Of a stretch of DNA of 59,973 nt, positions 8,142 to 18,521 are shown one piece after another. How positions within the stretch are numbered: the first letter of the stretch is position 1; each line of letters opens with the position of its first letter. Below the pieces are notes generated by a model. That model ran no database searches. It saw only the letters and a list, made by a program, of their open reading frames with translations, and was not told the DNA's origin. Position numbers and translations under genes: made by a program. Source of the DNA: a virus (taxonomy: Duplodnaviria; Caudoviricetes); IMG/VR virus record IMGVR_UViG_3300033153_006809, positions 1 through 59,973 of that record. One strand, written 5' to 3'.

Positions 8142-9446
8142 ATGGCAGTTGAACATGGTGATATAAAGGTTGACGAAGGCATATTTTCAGTTACGTTAGT
8201 ATTTGAAGATAAAATGATACAATTAGATACAGAAGATGTGATTGATTTATATTTTATTGAGGATATATTTAAATTTGCTCTAACTGGCAAGATTGTATTT
8301 TATGACAAATATAATTTTTTAGAATTAGGGCCATTTACAGGAAATGAACAAATACTGGTTACATATGGAAAAGAACATGAAACAACTATAATATTTGATA
8401 TATGGAAAGTAAATGAAATATCAATGACGTTATCTCTTGATTCACAATCGTTTGGAATGATTGAACTTTTTTTCGTAGATCCAAGTTTTCAACAAATAGC
8501 CTTCAGAAAATACAGTAAGAGTTGGGCTGAAAATACTGAGATAGATGAAATAATCATTAGCATTTTGGATAATATGACAACCTTAACAAAAGAGAGCACA
8601 CTAGAATATGAACCAAGTAATTATAAAATGACAAATGGGTTTGTAATGCCATATTGGTCGCCTCAGCAAGCGTTGACTTTCCTTATGAAACGAGCAGTTG
8701 GTAGTAAATCAAAAAATTCAAGCTATCTATGTTATAATAATACACAGTATAACAAAATGACCACCAATTTATACACTCTTGATTACTTACTCAACGATGA
8801 AGGAAATTTTGCTGACAAAGATATATATGTATTCAGTGATAGAGATATATCAAATCAAAACAAAATACTAGAATGGACTATATCTGGTACTGACAAAATG
8901 TCTCATGAATATATACGAGGTGGTAAATTCAAAGGATATGATTGGAATTCAAAGAGTCTTACAAACACTGAAATGAAATACTCTGATGGTGTTAGAAAAA
9001 TGACAATGTTAGGAAAAAAGACTCTATTTCCAGATATAAGTGATACGTTTTCAACATCAATAAATATAGGTGAGGATGAAGAAACAATAAAGAATGTTTT
9101 CTATTCAGAATGGTCACAAAGATATGTAATGCAAAATGTTATAAAGGCTACGGTATATGGTCATGAAAAAAGGTTTGCTGGACAACTAATAGAAATTCAA
9201 TGGCCAAGTTCTGTTGAGACTGGTAGTGATAATTCTAGCTTTCAAGGTTTTAATTTATCTTATAAAGGAACGTATTTGATAAAATCAGTAACACACTCAT
9301 TCATTGGATCACAATCTCAACAAGAGCCATATTTACAGAAAATAGTTCTTATAAAAAATGGATATTCAGAAGTTGATACAAGTAATCTGTATGATTCAAA
9401 TAATGTTAAAAATACAATTAGTAAACAATCAATAGTAAGGGTTTAA
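8142..9446 (+). CDS. Baseplate hub protein (gp27/GPD-like)
   Basis: Position before gp5; C-terminal G..RFAGQLIEI...GTYLIKSVTHSF. Confidence 0.7.
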   Translation: MAVEHGDIKVDEGIFSVTLVFEDKMIQLDTEDVIDLYFIEDIFKFALTGKIVFYDKYNFLELGPFTGNEQILVTYGKEHETTIIFDIWKVNEISMTLSLDSQSFGMIELFFVDPSFQQIAFRKYSKSWAENTEIDEIIISILDNMTTLTKESTLEYEPSNYKMTNGFVMPYWSPQQALTFLMKRAVGSKSKNSSYLCYNNTQYNKMTTNLYTLDYLLNDEGNFADKDIYVFSDRDISNQNKILEWTISGTDKMSHEYIRGGKFKGYDWNSKSLTNTEMKYSDGVRKMTMLGKKTLFPDISDTFSTSINIGEDEETIKNVFYSEWSQRYVMQNVIKATVYGHEKRFAGQLIEIQWPSSVETGSDNSSFQGFNLSYKGTYLIKSVTHSFIGSQSQQEPYLQKIVLIKNGYSEVDTSNLYDSNNVKNTISKQSIVRV

Positions 9447-9449
9447 TAA

Positions 9450-10163
9450 ATGAAATTTAAACAATATTTAAATGAAATAACAACATTAACAGAAGATGAA
9501 CTAGATAAAATTATTGATACTATATTTTCTAATTTTGAAAAATATATGAAAAAAACAAAATTAAAATTCTGGCCAATCATTGCAGGAATTTTAATAAAAT
9601 CAGCTGCACCATTTAGAATATCTGTAATTCCAAAATTTTTAACTAGAATTGGTCAAGCAAAGAAATGGAGTAATGCATCAGGCACGGCTGATGCATCAGG
9701 TAATATAACAATATTTTTAGAAATTAAAGAATTAAGATCTTTAAAAAATAAGAGTGGGGTTAATAAAATAAAAAAGGAATTTAGAAAAACACTATCACAC
9801 GAATTGATACATAGAAAGCAATTTGAAAAAATAAAAAATAAAGGTAACATATCTATTAAAGATTATGACAATAACAAAACAGACTATTATTCTGATAAAG
9901 CTGAAATAGAATCATTCGCAAGAGAAGCTGTTGAAGAATTAAAGAATAATGAAGGTGATGTTTTATTAACATATGCTCTTCTAGTAAAAAAACAAAATAA
10001 CAAAGCATGGAAACGATTTCTAAAAAAACTTTATCAGTATATTGATGATCAGTCCAATTCTGATAAATTAAAAATAACTTTATATAACCATTTGAAAAGA
10101 AATTCAGAAATGTTTGAAATACTAAATAATGATTTAGAAGATATTATTAGGAAATTTGATTAA
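9450..10163 (+). CDS. Putative internal head protein with zincin HExxH motif
   Basis: N-terminus MKFKQYLNE; LSHELIH...YY...EIESFARE. Confidence 0.55.
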   Translation: MKFKQYLNEITTLTEDELDKIIDTIFSNFEKYMKKTKLKFWPIIAGILIKSAAPFRISVIPKFLTRIGQAKKWSNASGTADASGNITIFLEIKELRSLKNKSGVNKIKKEFRKTLSHELIHRKQFEKIKNKGNISIKDYDNNKTDYYSDKAEIESFAREAVEELKNNEGDVLLTYALLVKKQNNKAWKRFLKKLYQYIDDQSNSDKLKITLYNHLKRNSEMFEILNNDLEDIIRKFD

Positions 10164-10775
10164 ATGATAAAACATAAAATCGCAGATTTATTGATAAAAG
10201 ATACCAAGATAAGAGGTATATATAGAGGTGTAGTAGAGGATATTGAAGATCCTAAAAGTGCTGGACGTGTTCGTTGTAGAATACATGGTTTACATACTCA
10301 AGCAGGTAGTCCAGATAGTGGTTTATCAATAACAGAAACAGATGGAATACAGACAGATCATTTGCCATGGTGTGAACCTGCAATACCAACAATAGAATTT
10401 GGTATAGATGGTAGTGGAATGTTTGGTATTCCACAAATTGGCGCTCATGTGCTTGTGTTCTTTGAGAATGAAAATATATTAAGACCAATATATTTTGCAG
10501 CCCTACCATCCAAGTCAGAATGGAACACAGACGCAACATCTGGTGTTTTTATATTCAAATTACCAGGTGGTCAATCTATAGAATTTGATTCAAACTCAGG
10601 TAGTGAAACAATTAAGATCTCACATCCTACAGGAACAGAGATAGAAATAGATAGTGATGGGAAAATAATTATAACAGGGGCTGATAAAGCTGATATTACA
10701 CTGGCCGGTGATATAAATATAAATGTAACAGGAAATTGCAATGTAACCACAACAGGTACAATAAACTTAAACTAA
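10164..10775 (+). CDS. Baseplate spike gp5-like (OB fold + short beta region, no lysozyme)
   Basis: YRGVVEDIEDP..AGRVRCRIHGLH...LPW...G.HV.VFF. Confidence 0.9.
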   Translation: MIKHKIADLLIKDTKIRGIYRGVVEDIEDPKSAGRVRCRIHGLHTQAGSPDSGLSITETDGIQTDHLPWCEPAIPTIEFGIDGSGMFGIPQIGAHVLVFFENENILRPIYFAALPSKSEWNTDATSGVFIFKLPGGQSIEFDSNSGSETIKISHPTGTEIEIDSDGKIIITGADKADITLAGDININVTGNCNVTTTGTINLN

Positions 10776-10785
10776 GGAATGACAA

Positions 10786-11085
10786 ATGGGTTCACAAGTA
10801 TCAAGACTGGGAGATAAAGGCAATGGAGTATGTAGTTGTCATGATAGTCCAAAAAATGCAGTTGGAACAATAATCAATGGATCGGCAAACGTAATAATCA
10901 ATGGAAAACCATGTGCTATGTTATCAGATAAGCTTGTTGCCCCATGTGGTCATATAGGAATGATAATAAATGGAGCCAGTAAAACATTAACAAATGGTAA
11001 ACCAACAGCGTATTTAGGAAGTAATTTTTCTGGTTGTTTTACAGGAACAATAATTAACGGATCACCAAACGTATTGGCTGGATAA
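10786..11085 (+). CDS. PAAR-domain spike tip protein (gp5.4-like)
   Basis: Repeats of RLGD, IINGS.NV.INGKP.A..D. Confidence 0.9.
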   Translation: MGSQVSRLGDKGNGVCSCHDSPKNAVGTIINGSANVIINGKPCAMLSDKLVAPCGHIGMIINGASKTLTNGKPTAYLGSNFSGCFTGTIINGSPNVLAG

Positions 11086-11094
11086 GGAGAGTAT

Positions 11095-11673
11095 ATGTCT
11101 TTTAATGACATGGTAAGTGAAATACCAAGTGCTGTTGCAAATATAGAATTCTCAATTACTAAAATTGATGAACAAATTCTTGAATTGAATACACAAATAA
11201 CTGATATTAAAACCAATGTTCTTTCAGTAATGTCCTCTGGATCCAGCGCTTATCTAATTAGTAAAACAGCAGCATTAACAATATCAGAAGGTATTACAAT
11301 GTCATTATGTACATCTGGTGGATATGGTTTACAAACAGATTATTTACATAATATTACAGACTGGTCAATTACTAGTGCTGCTGGTGGCCCAGCATGTGAT
11401 GGTATTGTGTATTTTACATCATCAATGTTAACTTCTGCATCATCTGGTACTGATCTAATTCAATATAATAGACAAGTTGGTTATGATCAAACAATAGATC
11501 ACATATATAGAGAATTTAATCATTTAAATCCTAATCCTCCTCCTGATGATTTAGAAACTGTAACATATGGTATTCAAGCAAATATAGATGGGCTACAACA
11601 GGGTAAAGATATTCTAGAAAAAGATAGAGATAAATTAAATGAAATATATAGTGTTTATAGTAATTATACATAA
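11095..11673 (+). CDS. Hypothetical baseplate-region protein
   Basis: AAGGAG SD; coiled-coil-like termini. Confidence 0.65.
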   Translation: MSFNDMVSEIPSAVANIEFSITKIDEQILELNTQITDIKTNVLSVMSSGSSAYLISKTAALTISEGITMSLCTSGGYGLQTDYLHNITDWSITSAAGGPACDGIVYFTSSMLTSASSGTDLIQYNRQVGYDQTIDHIYREFNHLNPNPPPDDLETVTYGIQANIDGLQQGKDILEKDRDKLNEIYSVYSNYT

Positions 11674-11689
11674 ATAAAGGTATAGAATT

Positions 11690-11944
11690 ATGGGTTTTAA
11701 AACTTGTCCAAAATGTGGTGTAACACTAAGCTATACTAAGTTTGGTTGTAACAAGAGTAGAAAAGATGGTATGCAACCATATTGTATAACTTGTATGAGA
11801 AAAGCAAGAAAGAGAGAAAAAAAGAAGTTAATAAGAGTGGACACAAAAACAGTAGATTCCATCACAAACAAACGGAATCACAATGATAATAAGAAACATA
11901 GAATCACTCTCAATCCCAAGCCAATAAAGAAAAATAGAGGTTAA
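11690..11944 (+). CDS. Zinc-finger protein resembling the N-terminus of HNH/EndoVII homing endonucleases
   Basis: CPKC...F....SRKDG.QPYCITC; no nuclease domain seen. Confidence 0.55.
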   Translation: MGFKTCPKCGVTLSYTKFGCNKSRKDGMQPYCITCMRKARKREKKKLIRVDTKTVDSITNKRNHNDNKKHRITLNPKPIKKNRG

Positions 11945-11948
11945 ATAA

Positions 11949-12315
11949 ATGCCAACAACATATACTTGGTCTGACATAGATGCTGAATTTGCAAAGGATT
12001 AAAAAATCAACAGACATCGATGCTATACTTAATAGTTTAAAAAATATTCTTGGAACTGATCAAGGCACAAGAAGGATGTTACAGAGATTTGCATCTAACG
12101 TTAAAAGCCTTTTATTTGAACCAATGGATCAAACATCAGCAAGATTTTTAGGACAACGGGTTTTAGAATCTATAAGATATTGGGATGATCGTATAAACAT
12201 TGATGGTATAGATATTCAACCAGATTATGAAAAAAATCTATATAGATGTAGATGTAGATTTACTATTGTTGATTCTGATATAGAACAATCAATAGATTTT
12301 ATTTTATCTAGATAA
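11949..12315 (+). CDS. Baseplate wedge gp25-like, apparently frameshifted near 12000
   Basis: Frame from 11949 gives MPTTYTWSDIDAEFAKD-stop; +1 frame gives IKKSTDIDAILNSLKNIL.T..G.R...LFEP...WDDRI. Confidence 0.8.
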
Positions 12316-12346
12316 AAATTAATAAAACAATGGAGAATTATATATA

Positions 12347-14056
12347 ATGAGTACTTTTACACCGAGTTATTTAGAACTCGACTTTAATACTATAGTAGAA
12401 AAGTTTAAAGAAGAACTACAAAAAGATGGTACTTTTAAAGATTATGATTATAGAGGCAGTAATATATCTGTTTTACTTGAATTGATGGCATATTTTGGTG
12501 ATCTAAATACATACTTTATAAATAAAATAGCAAAAAATATATACTTGGAAACATCTGATATATATGAATGTATAAATAGATTATCCAGACAAATTGGTTA
12601 TAATCCAAAAGGAACCAGAAGCGCAAGAGTTACGCTTTCATGTACGGTATCAGGACACACACCCGGTGATATTATAAGTTCACTGCCATGGAAACAATTA
12701 AATTCTGGTAGGTTGGCATCAAATGGTGATACAATATATTATGCTACAACATTATCCGAATCAACAACGTTGACAAGCACAACAGGTACGCTACCAATAA
12801 ATTTGATACAGGGTGAAATTATAAATATTACTGGATATACTGGAAATGATCTTGTTGATAATGAATTAATCTTACCATCAAATTATGCATATGATGATGA
12901 TTTAGATGATGATTACCCAACTATAGAGGTCATAATTAACAATGATATATGGCAACGAGTATCTGATTTCTATGACAACATAACACCATTATCAACAGAT
13001 GATGTATACATGTTCGTATATGATAGATATGAGAGAAGTAAAATTGTTTTTAATTCATCAAGAAACGTACCAGATACAAATGATACAATATCAATAAAAT
13101 GTTTAAATTCATTATCAACAGAAGGAAGTATAGGTGAAGACACATCATCGGATAATTGGATAGTTGTTGATGATATATTTATACAAAGAACAACAGGACA
13201 TGTAGTATATAATATACCAAATAATACTTTAAACCTATCAACATCTGCAGCATCAATAGGTGCGTCGGATCCAGAAACAATTGACGAAATTAAAGAAAAT
13301 GCTCAGTCTACTCTTAGAACACAATTCCGTAATGTTACATCTACAGATTATAGAACATATCTTACTGAAAGATCAGATATAAGTTCCGCTAATGCATGGG
13401 GTGAGCAAGATTTAGCACCATCTGCTGGTTCTATACTAGAATATAATAAAGTTCACTTATCAACAATACCTTCTACATGGAGTAATGAAACGATTTCTAC
13501 CAGTGCTAGCACGTGGACAACAGAGTGGAATACTTCTGGTAGTATACTTGTTCCTACATCATATTCATCTACATGGACTGATACATTAAAAACATATTTA
13601 CAACCAAGAAAAATGATATCAGTATATGAAGTATTTGATTTACCAACTCTTGTTTATTTTTCATTTGAGTTTTCATGCAGAATCAAAAGACTATTCACGT
13701 TTTTAAATGTATCTACTGATATAAAAAATAAATTAATATATTACTTTAGAACTATAAATCATGATTTTGGAGAAATTATAAGCTTCAATAATATTATAGA
13801 ATATATACTTGACACAACAAAATCATCACCATCTGATGATTTTGAAAATATCGTTGGTATAAGAAATCTTAATTTGCGTGATATAAATGTAAACGTAACA
13901 ACATATGAATACAACAGTACAAGTATAAACTATCCATATTGGATAGAAGAAATATGGACAGATAGAGACAATACTTTAAGAAGAATACAATTAGGATATG
14001 ATCAATTTCCTATATTAGAATCTAACTCAGTACATATATCACAAGAGGAAGCATAA
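12347..14056 (+). CDS. Baseplate wedge gp6-like
   Basis: LDF...FKDYDYRGSNISVLLELMAY; GASDPETIDEIKENA...R.V...DY. Confidence 0.9.
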   Translation: MSTFTPSYLELDFNTIVEKFKEELQKDGTFKDYDYRGSNISVLLELMAYFGDLNTYFINKIAKNIYLETSDIYECINRLSRQIGYNPKGTRSARVTLSCTVSGHTPGDIISSLPWKQLNSGRLASNGDTIYYATTLSESTTLTSTTGTLPINLIQGEIINITGYTGNDLVDNELILPSNYAYDDDLDDDYPTIEVIINNDIWQRVSDFYDNITPLSTDDVYMFVYDRYERSKIVFNSSRNVPDTNDTISIKCLNSLSTEGSIGEDTSSDNWIVVDDIFIQRTTGHVVYNIPNNTLNLSTSAASIGASDPETIDEIKENAQSTLRTQFRNVTSTDYRTYLTERSDISSANAWGEQDLAPSAGSILEYNKVHLSTIPSTWSNETISTSASTWTTEWNTSGSILVPTSYSSTWTDTLKTYLQPRKMISVYEVFDLPTLVYFSFEFSCRIKRLFTFLNVSTDIKNKLIYYFRTINHDFGEIISFNNIIEYILDTTKSSPSDDFENIVGIRNLNLRDINVNVTTYEYNSTSINYPYWIEEIWTDRDNTLRRIQLGYDQFPILESNSVHISQEEA

Positions 14057-14070
14057 GGAGAATATAGAAA

Positions 14071-17000
14071 GTGGCAAAATTTTCAGATAGCAACTGGTCA
14101 ATTCTTAATGAGTATTTTAGTATTTTAAGTGGCAGTAGATCCGGAACACATAATTCGTATCTTTTATCACCAAAACATACAATAGTAACAGAAGGTGGTT
14201 TATTTGTGGATCTATATGAACATAGTGATGAATATGGATATATTGGTCATAACTTTACATCAGATTCGGTTAATGATAATATTTTTAAATTCAAATATCA
14301 GAGTGTTATATCAACAAACTCATTAACTAGTGGTATAACAACAATAACCAATGGATCAGAAATGTATTTTCGTAAAAATTCTTACTTTTACGAATGGTTG
14401 CTGAATCATTATTCGGAATATAGAGATTATCTTAATACGAATAAAATGTTTTTATACTTTGGTAAAATATGGGCAATATCCAATGAAGAAAATTATTATT
14501 CAATAGAATTTAAAGGTTTAAAAGATTATATGTTGGAATTGTTACCACCAATAAACAGAACAACTGCGATGGAAGATTGGTTGAAAGGATATTTTGATGG
14601 AACACATCATCAAATATATAACTTAACAAAAAATATATGGTCGATGAAAGATTCTAAAGAAATTGATATAAGATTTTTACAATATATAGCCAATGACTAT
14701 GGAATTGAAATAAAAGAAGGATTGACTACAGAATTAGCATTAAGAGAATGGGTTGATAATCTGATATATTTTTTAAAGAGAAAAGGTGATTATTCAACAC
14801 TGTATATAGTATATAAATTTTTGCTTTCAAACACCACAAATACATTGAATGTGTTTGAAAGATGGCATGATTGGAGACTCTCTGATTATAATGATGCACC
14901 GCTTGCATCAGATTGGGAAGATCATCATATTCTTGAATATTATAGTATACAACCATCCGGTGCGGCTGGTGATGAATACTATTCAAGATATAACCCAGAT
15001 GGGTATCCCGCTTATGCTGACTCACAAGGAAGTTTATCTATTAATCAAAACGTTGATTTATTTTTAGAATATAAATTTGATGAAACAGGTGGATTAACAG
15101 CAACAGATAGTTCATCAGCGGGCAACAACGGTACTCTAACAAATTTTGCAACTAGTGCTTCTAATGATATGTGGGTAAGTGGAAAATTTGGAAATGGAGT
15201 TGAATTTGGTATATCAGATGATGAGCATATAGACATAGGTGATTCTCTAGTATCAACACTTAGTGATAGTTTTACTGTATCATATTATGTAAAACATAAC
15301 AAATTTAATCATGCCATGGTTCATTTTATGTCAAGTGGTATTGGTGGTGTTCTTATTGGTATAACACCAGGTAATAAATTTGTTATATATTATGATGATG
15401 GTATAAATACAACTTATTGGGAATCAGAAGATGATGTTTTAAATGGTGTTGAAACAAAATTTAATAAGTATGTTATTGTATTTAAAAACAATGATATAAT
15501 AACGGTATATAAGAATAATGTATTATTAGAAAATAATGGTGTTGATACAGGTGATATGACAGATATTACAATGTCAAATTTTACTAATACTACAAACGCT
15601 ACAATAGGTAATGGTTTCTGTGGTATTATGGATGAATTTCGTATATATAATACAACTTTATCAGAATTATACTTAAAAGCTCTTATTTTATCACCACATT
15701 ATAGAGTAGAATTAGATTTAACATCAGAACCTCTTGGTACTGATTATATAATAAATGAATCTATAGCAAATGAACTAGTAAGATACTGGAATTATACAAA
15801 ACCTGTATCAAGATTTGTTACATATAATGAACTTGTAGCGCCATATGCAGAAATAGATGGTACAGATTCTAAGGAAATATCAACATATAGTACGGACGAA
15901 ACAGCATACTTAACAACAAAGTTTACTGGCGCTCAGTATCTATCATCTGAACAATCATCTGCGGGTTTTGGTGATAATACACACAACTATAACAGCGTAT
16001 TAAGTTCTGATAGTTGGATAATAGAAATAGATTCTGATACATGGAATGTTAACCATAATTTGGGATCAAAAGGAACAATAACACAAGCTTATGATAACAA
16101 TAATAATCTTTTACTACCAAGTAGTGTTGAGGTTTTAAATGATGATACATTAGAATTTTCTTTTAATAGTTCTGTTAAAGGACACGCATTAATTGCTGAT
16201 GGTAATTATACAGAAGCAATAGAAGATACCGTTGGTCTTGGTTATGGTTATAGTGCTACTAGTAGCGGCGCAACTGCTTTAGATTTTCATTATAAATTTG
16301 ATGAAACCTCTGGTACTACTTGTGATGATGATACTGGAAACAGTAATGGAACATTATACAATTTTCCTGGTGATAGCTCTCAGTGGGTAACTGGTAAATA
16401 TAACAATGGATTACATTTTCGTGGTTTCTCTGAAGATGATTATGTAAATACAAATACAACAATGCAGACGTTATTTCGTTCAAGTTTTTCCATATCAATG
16501 TGGATAAAAGCTGAAAAAATGGGTACAAGAGCACAAGTAATCAGTGGTATTTCAAATTATAGTGGTAGTGCGCAATCCACTTTTTGGCTTGAAATGTCAA
16601 CAGATAGAAGAATATCAGTCAGAATATATGATAATTATGGAAATGGGGTTACAAATATACGTACACCAGCATTGACTTTAGAATGGGAAGCTGGTGGAAA
16701 TCAAACTGAATATCATTTAATCGTGGTTGCGGCAAATTATAATAATACATTAGAAATATACTATGATGGTGTTAAGCAAATATTAGATGGTAGTAGTAAC
16801 GATTTAACTCTACTTGATATGTCTACTTTTAGTGGAGTTAAAAGTATGGCTATTGGTGCTAATATAGCTTATGATGGAAATGATTATAATCATTATGAAG
16901 GATCTATAGATGATGTAAAATTTTATAGTGGTGTACTAAATCAAGAAGATGCATCTTCTATATATGTAGGAGGACCACCAAATCAAACGATTACACATAA

Positions 17001-17706
17001 TCTCTATTCAGCATCAGCTGCAGAAGGTGTATTGACACAATTATGGTCGGATTCAGAAAAAGAAATGCAATATGAGATAGAAAGAAATCCGAACAGTGAT
17101 GATCTTACTGTTACACTTTCAGCATCTGGTAGTAATAGATATATTATTGTAAGAAAGTCTGATTATACATATACACAGTCAACACCTGAAAGTACTTGGA
17201 ATATAAATCATAATTTAAATACTAATGCTTTAATATCACAAGTTTTTTCACAAAATAAAGAAATATTACCTCTAAATACCCAACATGAATATAATGATTC
17301 AACTATAACATTTAGTGAAGCTGTAACAGGAACCGCTGATTTTGTATGGATAAACACTGAATTTAACACATATCCAACACCAGACGATCCATCGGGTCTT
17401 AGTTTATCAGTTTCCGCATCATATTGGAAAGTGGGTATAGGAACAACACCAACATTTAATTCAATTGACGCTAATGATATAGAAACAATAGCTGCAAGTG
17501 GTAGTATATTATCATATGAAAATAGTACAAATGGTGATATTATTATATTAGAATTTGATGTTTCTCAAAAAATAGATATAAATATAACAGAGATAGGAAT
17601 TTTTAATGATGAAGATCGTCTTATGTTTTATACAAAATGTAGTCCATTGTATAAACCAGTAGATGTTATATTAAAATTATTCTATAGAATTACAAAATTT
17701 GAATAG
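14071..17706 (+). CDS. Baseplate wedge gp7-like protein with two LamG domains
   Basis: P2-I-like LQYIA...KRKG; two YKFDE..G...GTL.N...W..GK...DE/DD.R/K.Y domains; TWNxNHNL repeats; ITEIGIFN. Confidence 0.75.
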   Translation: MAKFSDSNWSILNEYFSILSGSRSGTHNSYLLSPKHTIVTEGGLFVDLYEHSDEYGYIGHNFTSDSVNDNIFKFKYQSVISTNSLTSGITTITNGSEMYFRKNSYFYEWLLNHYSEYRDYLNTNKMFLYFGKIWAISNEENYYSIEFKGLKDYMLELLPPINRTTAMEDWLKGYFDGTHHQIYNLTKNIWSMKDSKEIDIRFLQYIANDYGIEIKEGLTTELALREWVDNLIYFLKRKGDYSTLYIVYKFLLSNTTNTLNVFERWHDWRLSDYNDAPLASDWEDHHILEYYSIQPSGAAGDEYYSRYNPDGYPAYADSQGSLSINQNVDLFLEYKFDETGGLTATDSSSAGNNGTLTNFATSASNDMWVSGKFGNGVEFGISDDEHIDIGDSLVSTLSDSFTVSYYVKHNKFNHAMVHFMSSGIGGVLIGITPGNKFVIYYDDGINTTYWESEDDVLNGVETKFNKYVIVFKNNDIITVYKNNVLLENNGVDTGDMTDITMSNFTNTTNATIGNGFCGIMDEFRIYNTTLSELYLKALILSPHYRVELDLTSEPLGTDYIINESIANELVRYWNYTKPVSRFVTYNELVAPYAEIDGTDSKEISTYSTDETAYLTTKFTGAQYLSSEQSSAGFGDNTHNYNSVLSSDSWIIEIDSDTWNVNHNLGSKGTITQAYDNNNNLLLPSSVEVLNDDTLEFSFNSSVKGHALIADGNYTEAIEDTVGLGYGYSATSSGATALDFHYKFDETSGTTCDDDTGNSNGTLYNFPGDSSQWVTGKYNNGLHFRGFSEDDYVNTNTTMQTLFRSSFSISMWIKAEKMGTRAQVISGISNYSGSAQSTFWLEMSTDRRISVRIYDNYGNGVTNIRTPALTLEWEAGGNQTEYHLIVVAANYNNTLEIYYDGVKQILDGSSNDLTLLDMSTFSGVKSMAIGANIAYDGNDYNHYEGSIDDVKFYSGVLNQEDASSIYVGGPPNQTITHNLYSASAAEGVLTQLWSDSEKEMQYEIERNPNSDDLTVTLSASGSNRYIIVRKSDYTYTQSTPESTWNINHNLNTNALISQVFSQNKEILPLNTQHEYNDSTITFSEAVTGTADFVWINTEFNTYPTPDDPSGLSLSVSASYWKVGIGTTPTFNSIDANDIETIAASGSILSYENSTNGDIIILEFDVSQKIDINITEIGIFNDEDRLMFYTKCSPLYKPVDVILKLFYRITKFE

Positions 17707-17723
17707 GAGAGTATTAAAAAACA

Positions 17724-18506
17724 ATGGCTAGAATACATTTTTGGCAATATATAGTTAATGAAAATGGAGATCCACTAGAGAATGTAAATGTAAGGATTTA
17801 CTTATCAAACTCACCGGAAGAAGAAGCAGATATCTTTACACATCATATAACAGGAAACCCAATTAAATCAACAGAAGCACTATTATCCACTGATGGAAAT
17901 GGGTTTTTTGAATGTTGGTTTGGTGATATATTAGAAGATTCAGGCGGATATTCATCTAATCAAACATTTAAAATAGAATGGGAAAGAGCTGGTTTATTAA
18001 ATGGATACATTGATAATATGACAATATATCCAAATGTTTTTAGCGTAGTACAAACAGATAATGTGAGTCCAGATAAAGATGTTAAAAACAAGCTTATAAG
18101 CAATCAACTAGCATACAATTGGGATACACATATAAATGCAGAATCTATTAATGTACATGGATTAGAAGCTGTTAATCAATATGATACTAATACTGATTAT
18201 AATAAACTTGTAAGTAATAACCTTATGAATTATGTATTTTCTGTTCTTGCAAGTGCCGGTTCTATATCAATTGCAGCATCAGCTGCCACTGCAAGAGAAT
18301 TTGACGTTACATCATGGTCTTCTTCTGGTGGTAAACATTATATTGATTTGGATCACTTTTTAAATAGAGATTATCCAGTTGTAACATCTTACAAAACATC
18401 AAATGGAATGCAAATATATCCAGATGAAATAGAATCAATTTCAAGTTCAAGAATACGACTTTGGATGCCAGATGAAGTATCATTAAATATTACAATTATA
18501 GGTTAA
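17724..18506 (+). CDS. Tail/baseplate structural protein, paralog A
   Basis: Aligns by eye with the next ORF (HFW, SNQLAYN, NK.VSNNLMN, LASAG.I.I, H.L...YP). Confidence 0.7.
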   Translation: MARIHFWQYIVNENGDPLENVNVRIYLSNSPEEEADIFTHHITGNPIKSTEALLSTDGNGFFECWFGDILEDSGGYSSNQTFKIEWERAGLLNGYIDNMTIYPNVFSVVQTDNVSPDKDVKNKLISNQLAYNWDTHINAESINVHGLEAVNQYDTNTDYNKLVSNNLMNYVFSVLASAGSISIAASAATAREFDVTSWSSSGGKHYIDLDHFLNRDYPVVTSYKTSNGMQIYPDEIESISSSRIRLWMPDEVSLNITIIG

Positions 18507-18521
18507 AGGGAGATTTAAAGC

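Noticed and set aside
8142-14056. Bacterial T6SS or eCIS locus (VgrG-like, PAAR, gp25)
   Set aside because: Context of gp55, gp46/47, UvsX, primase and RNase H shows a T4-like phage baseplate
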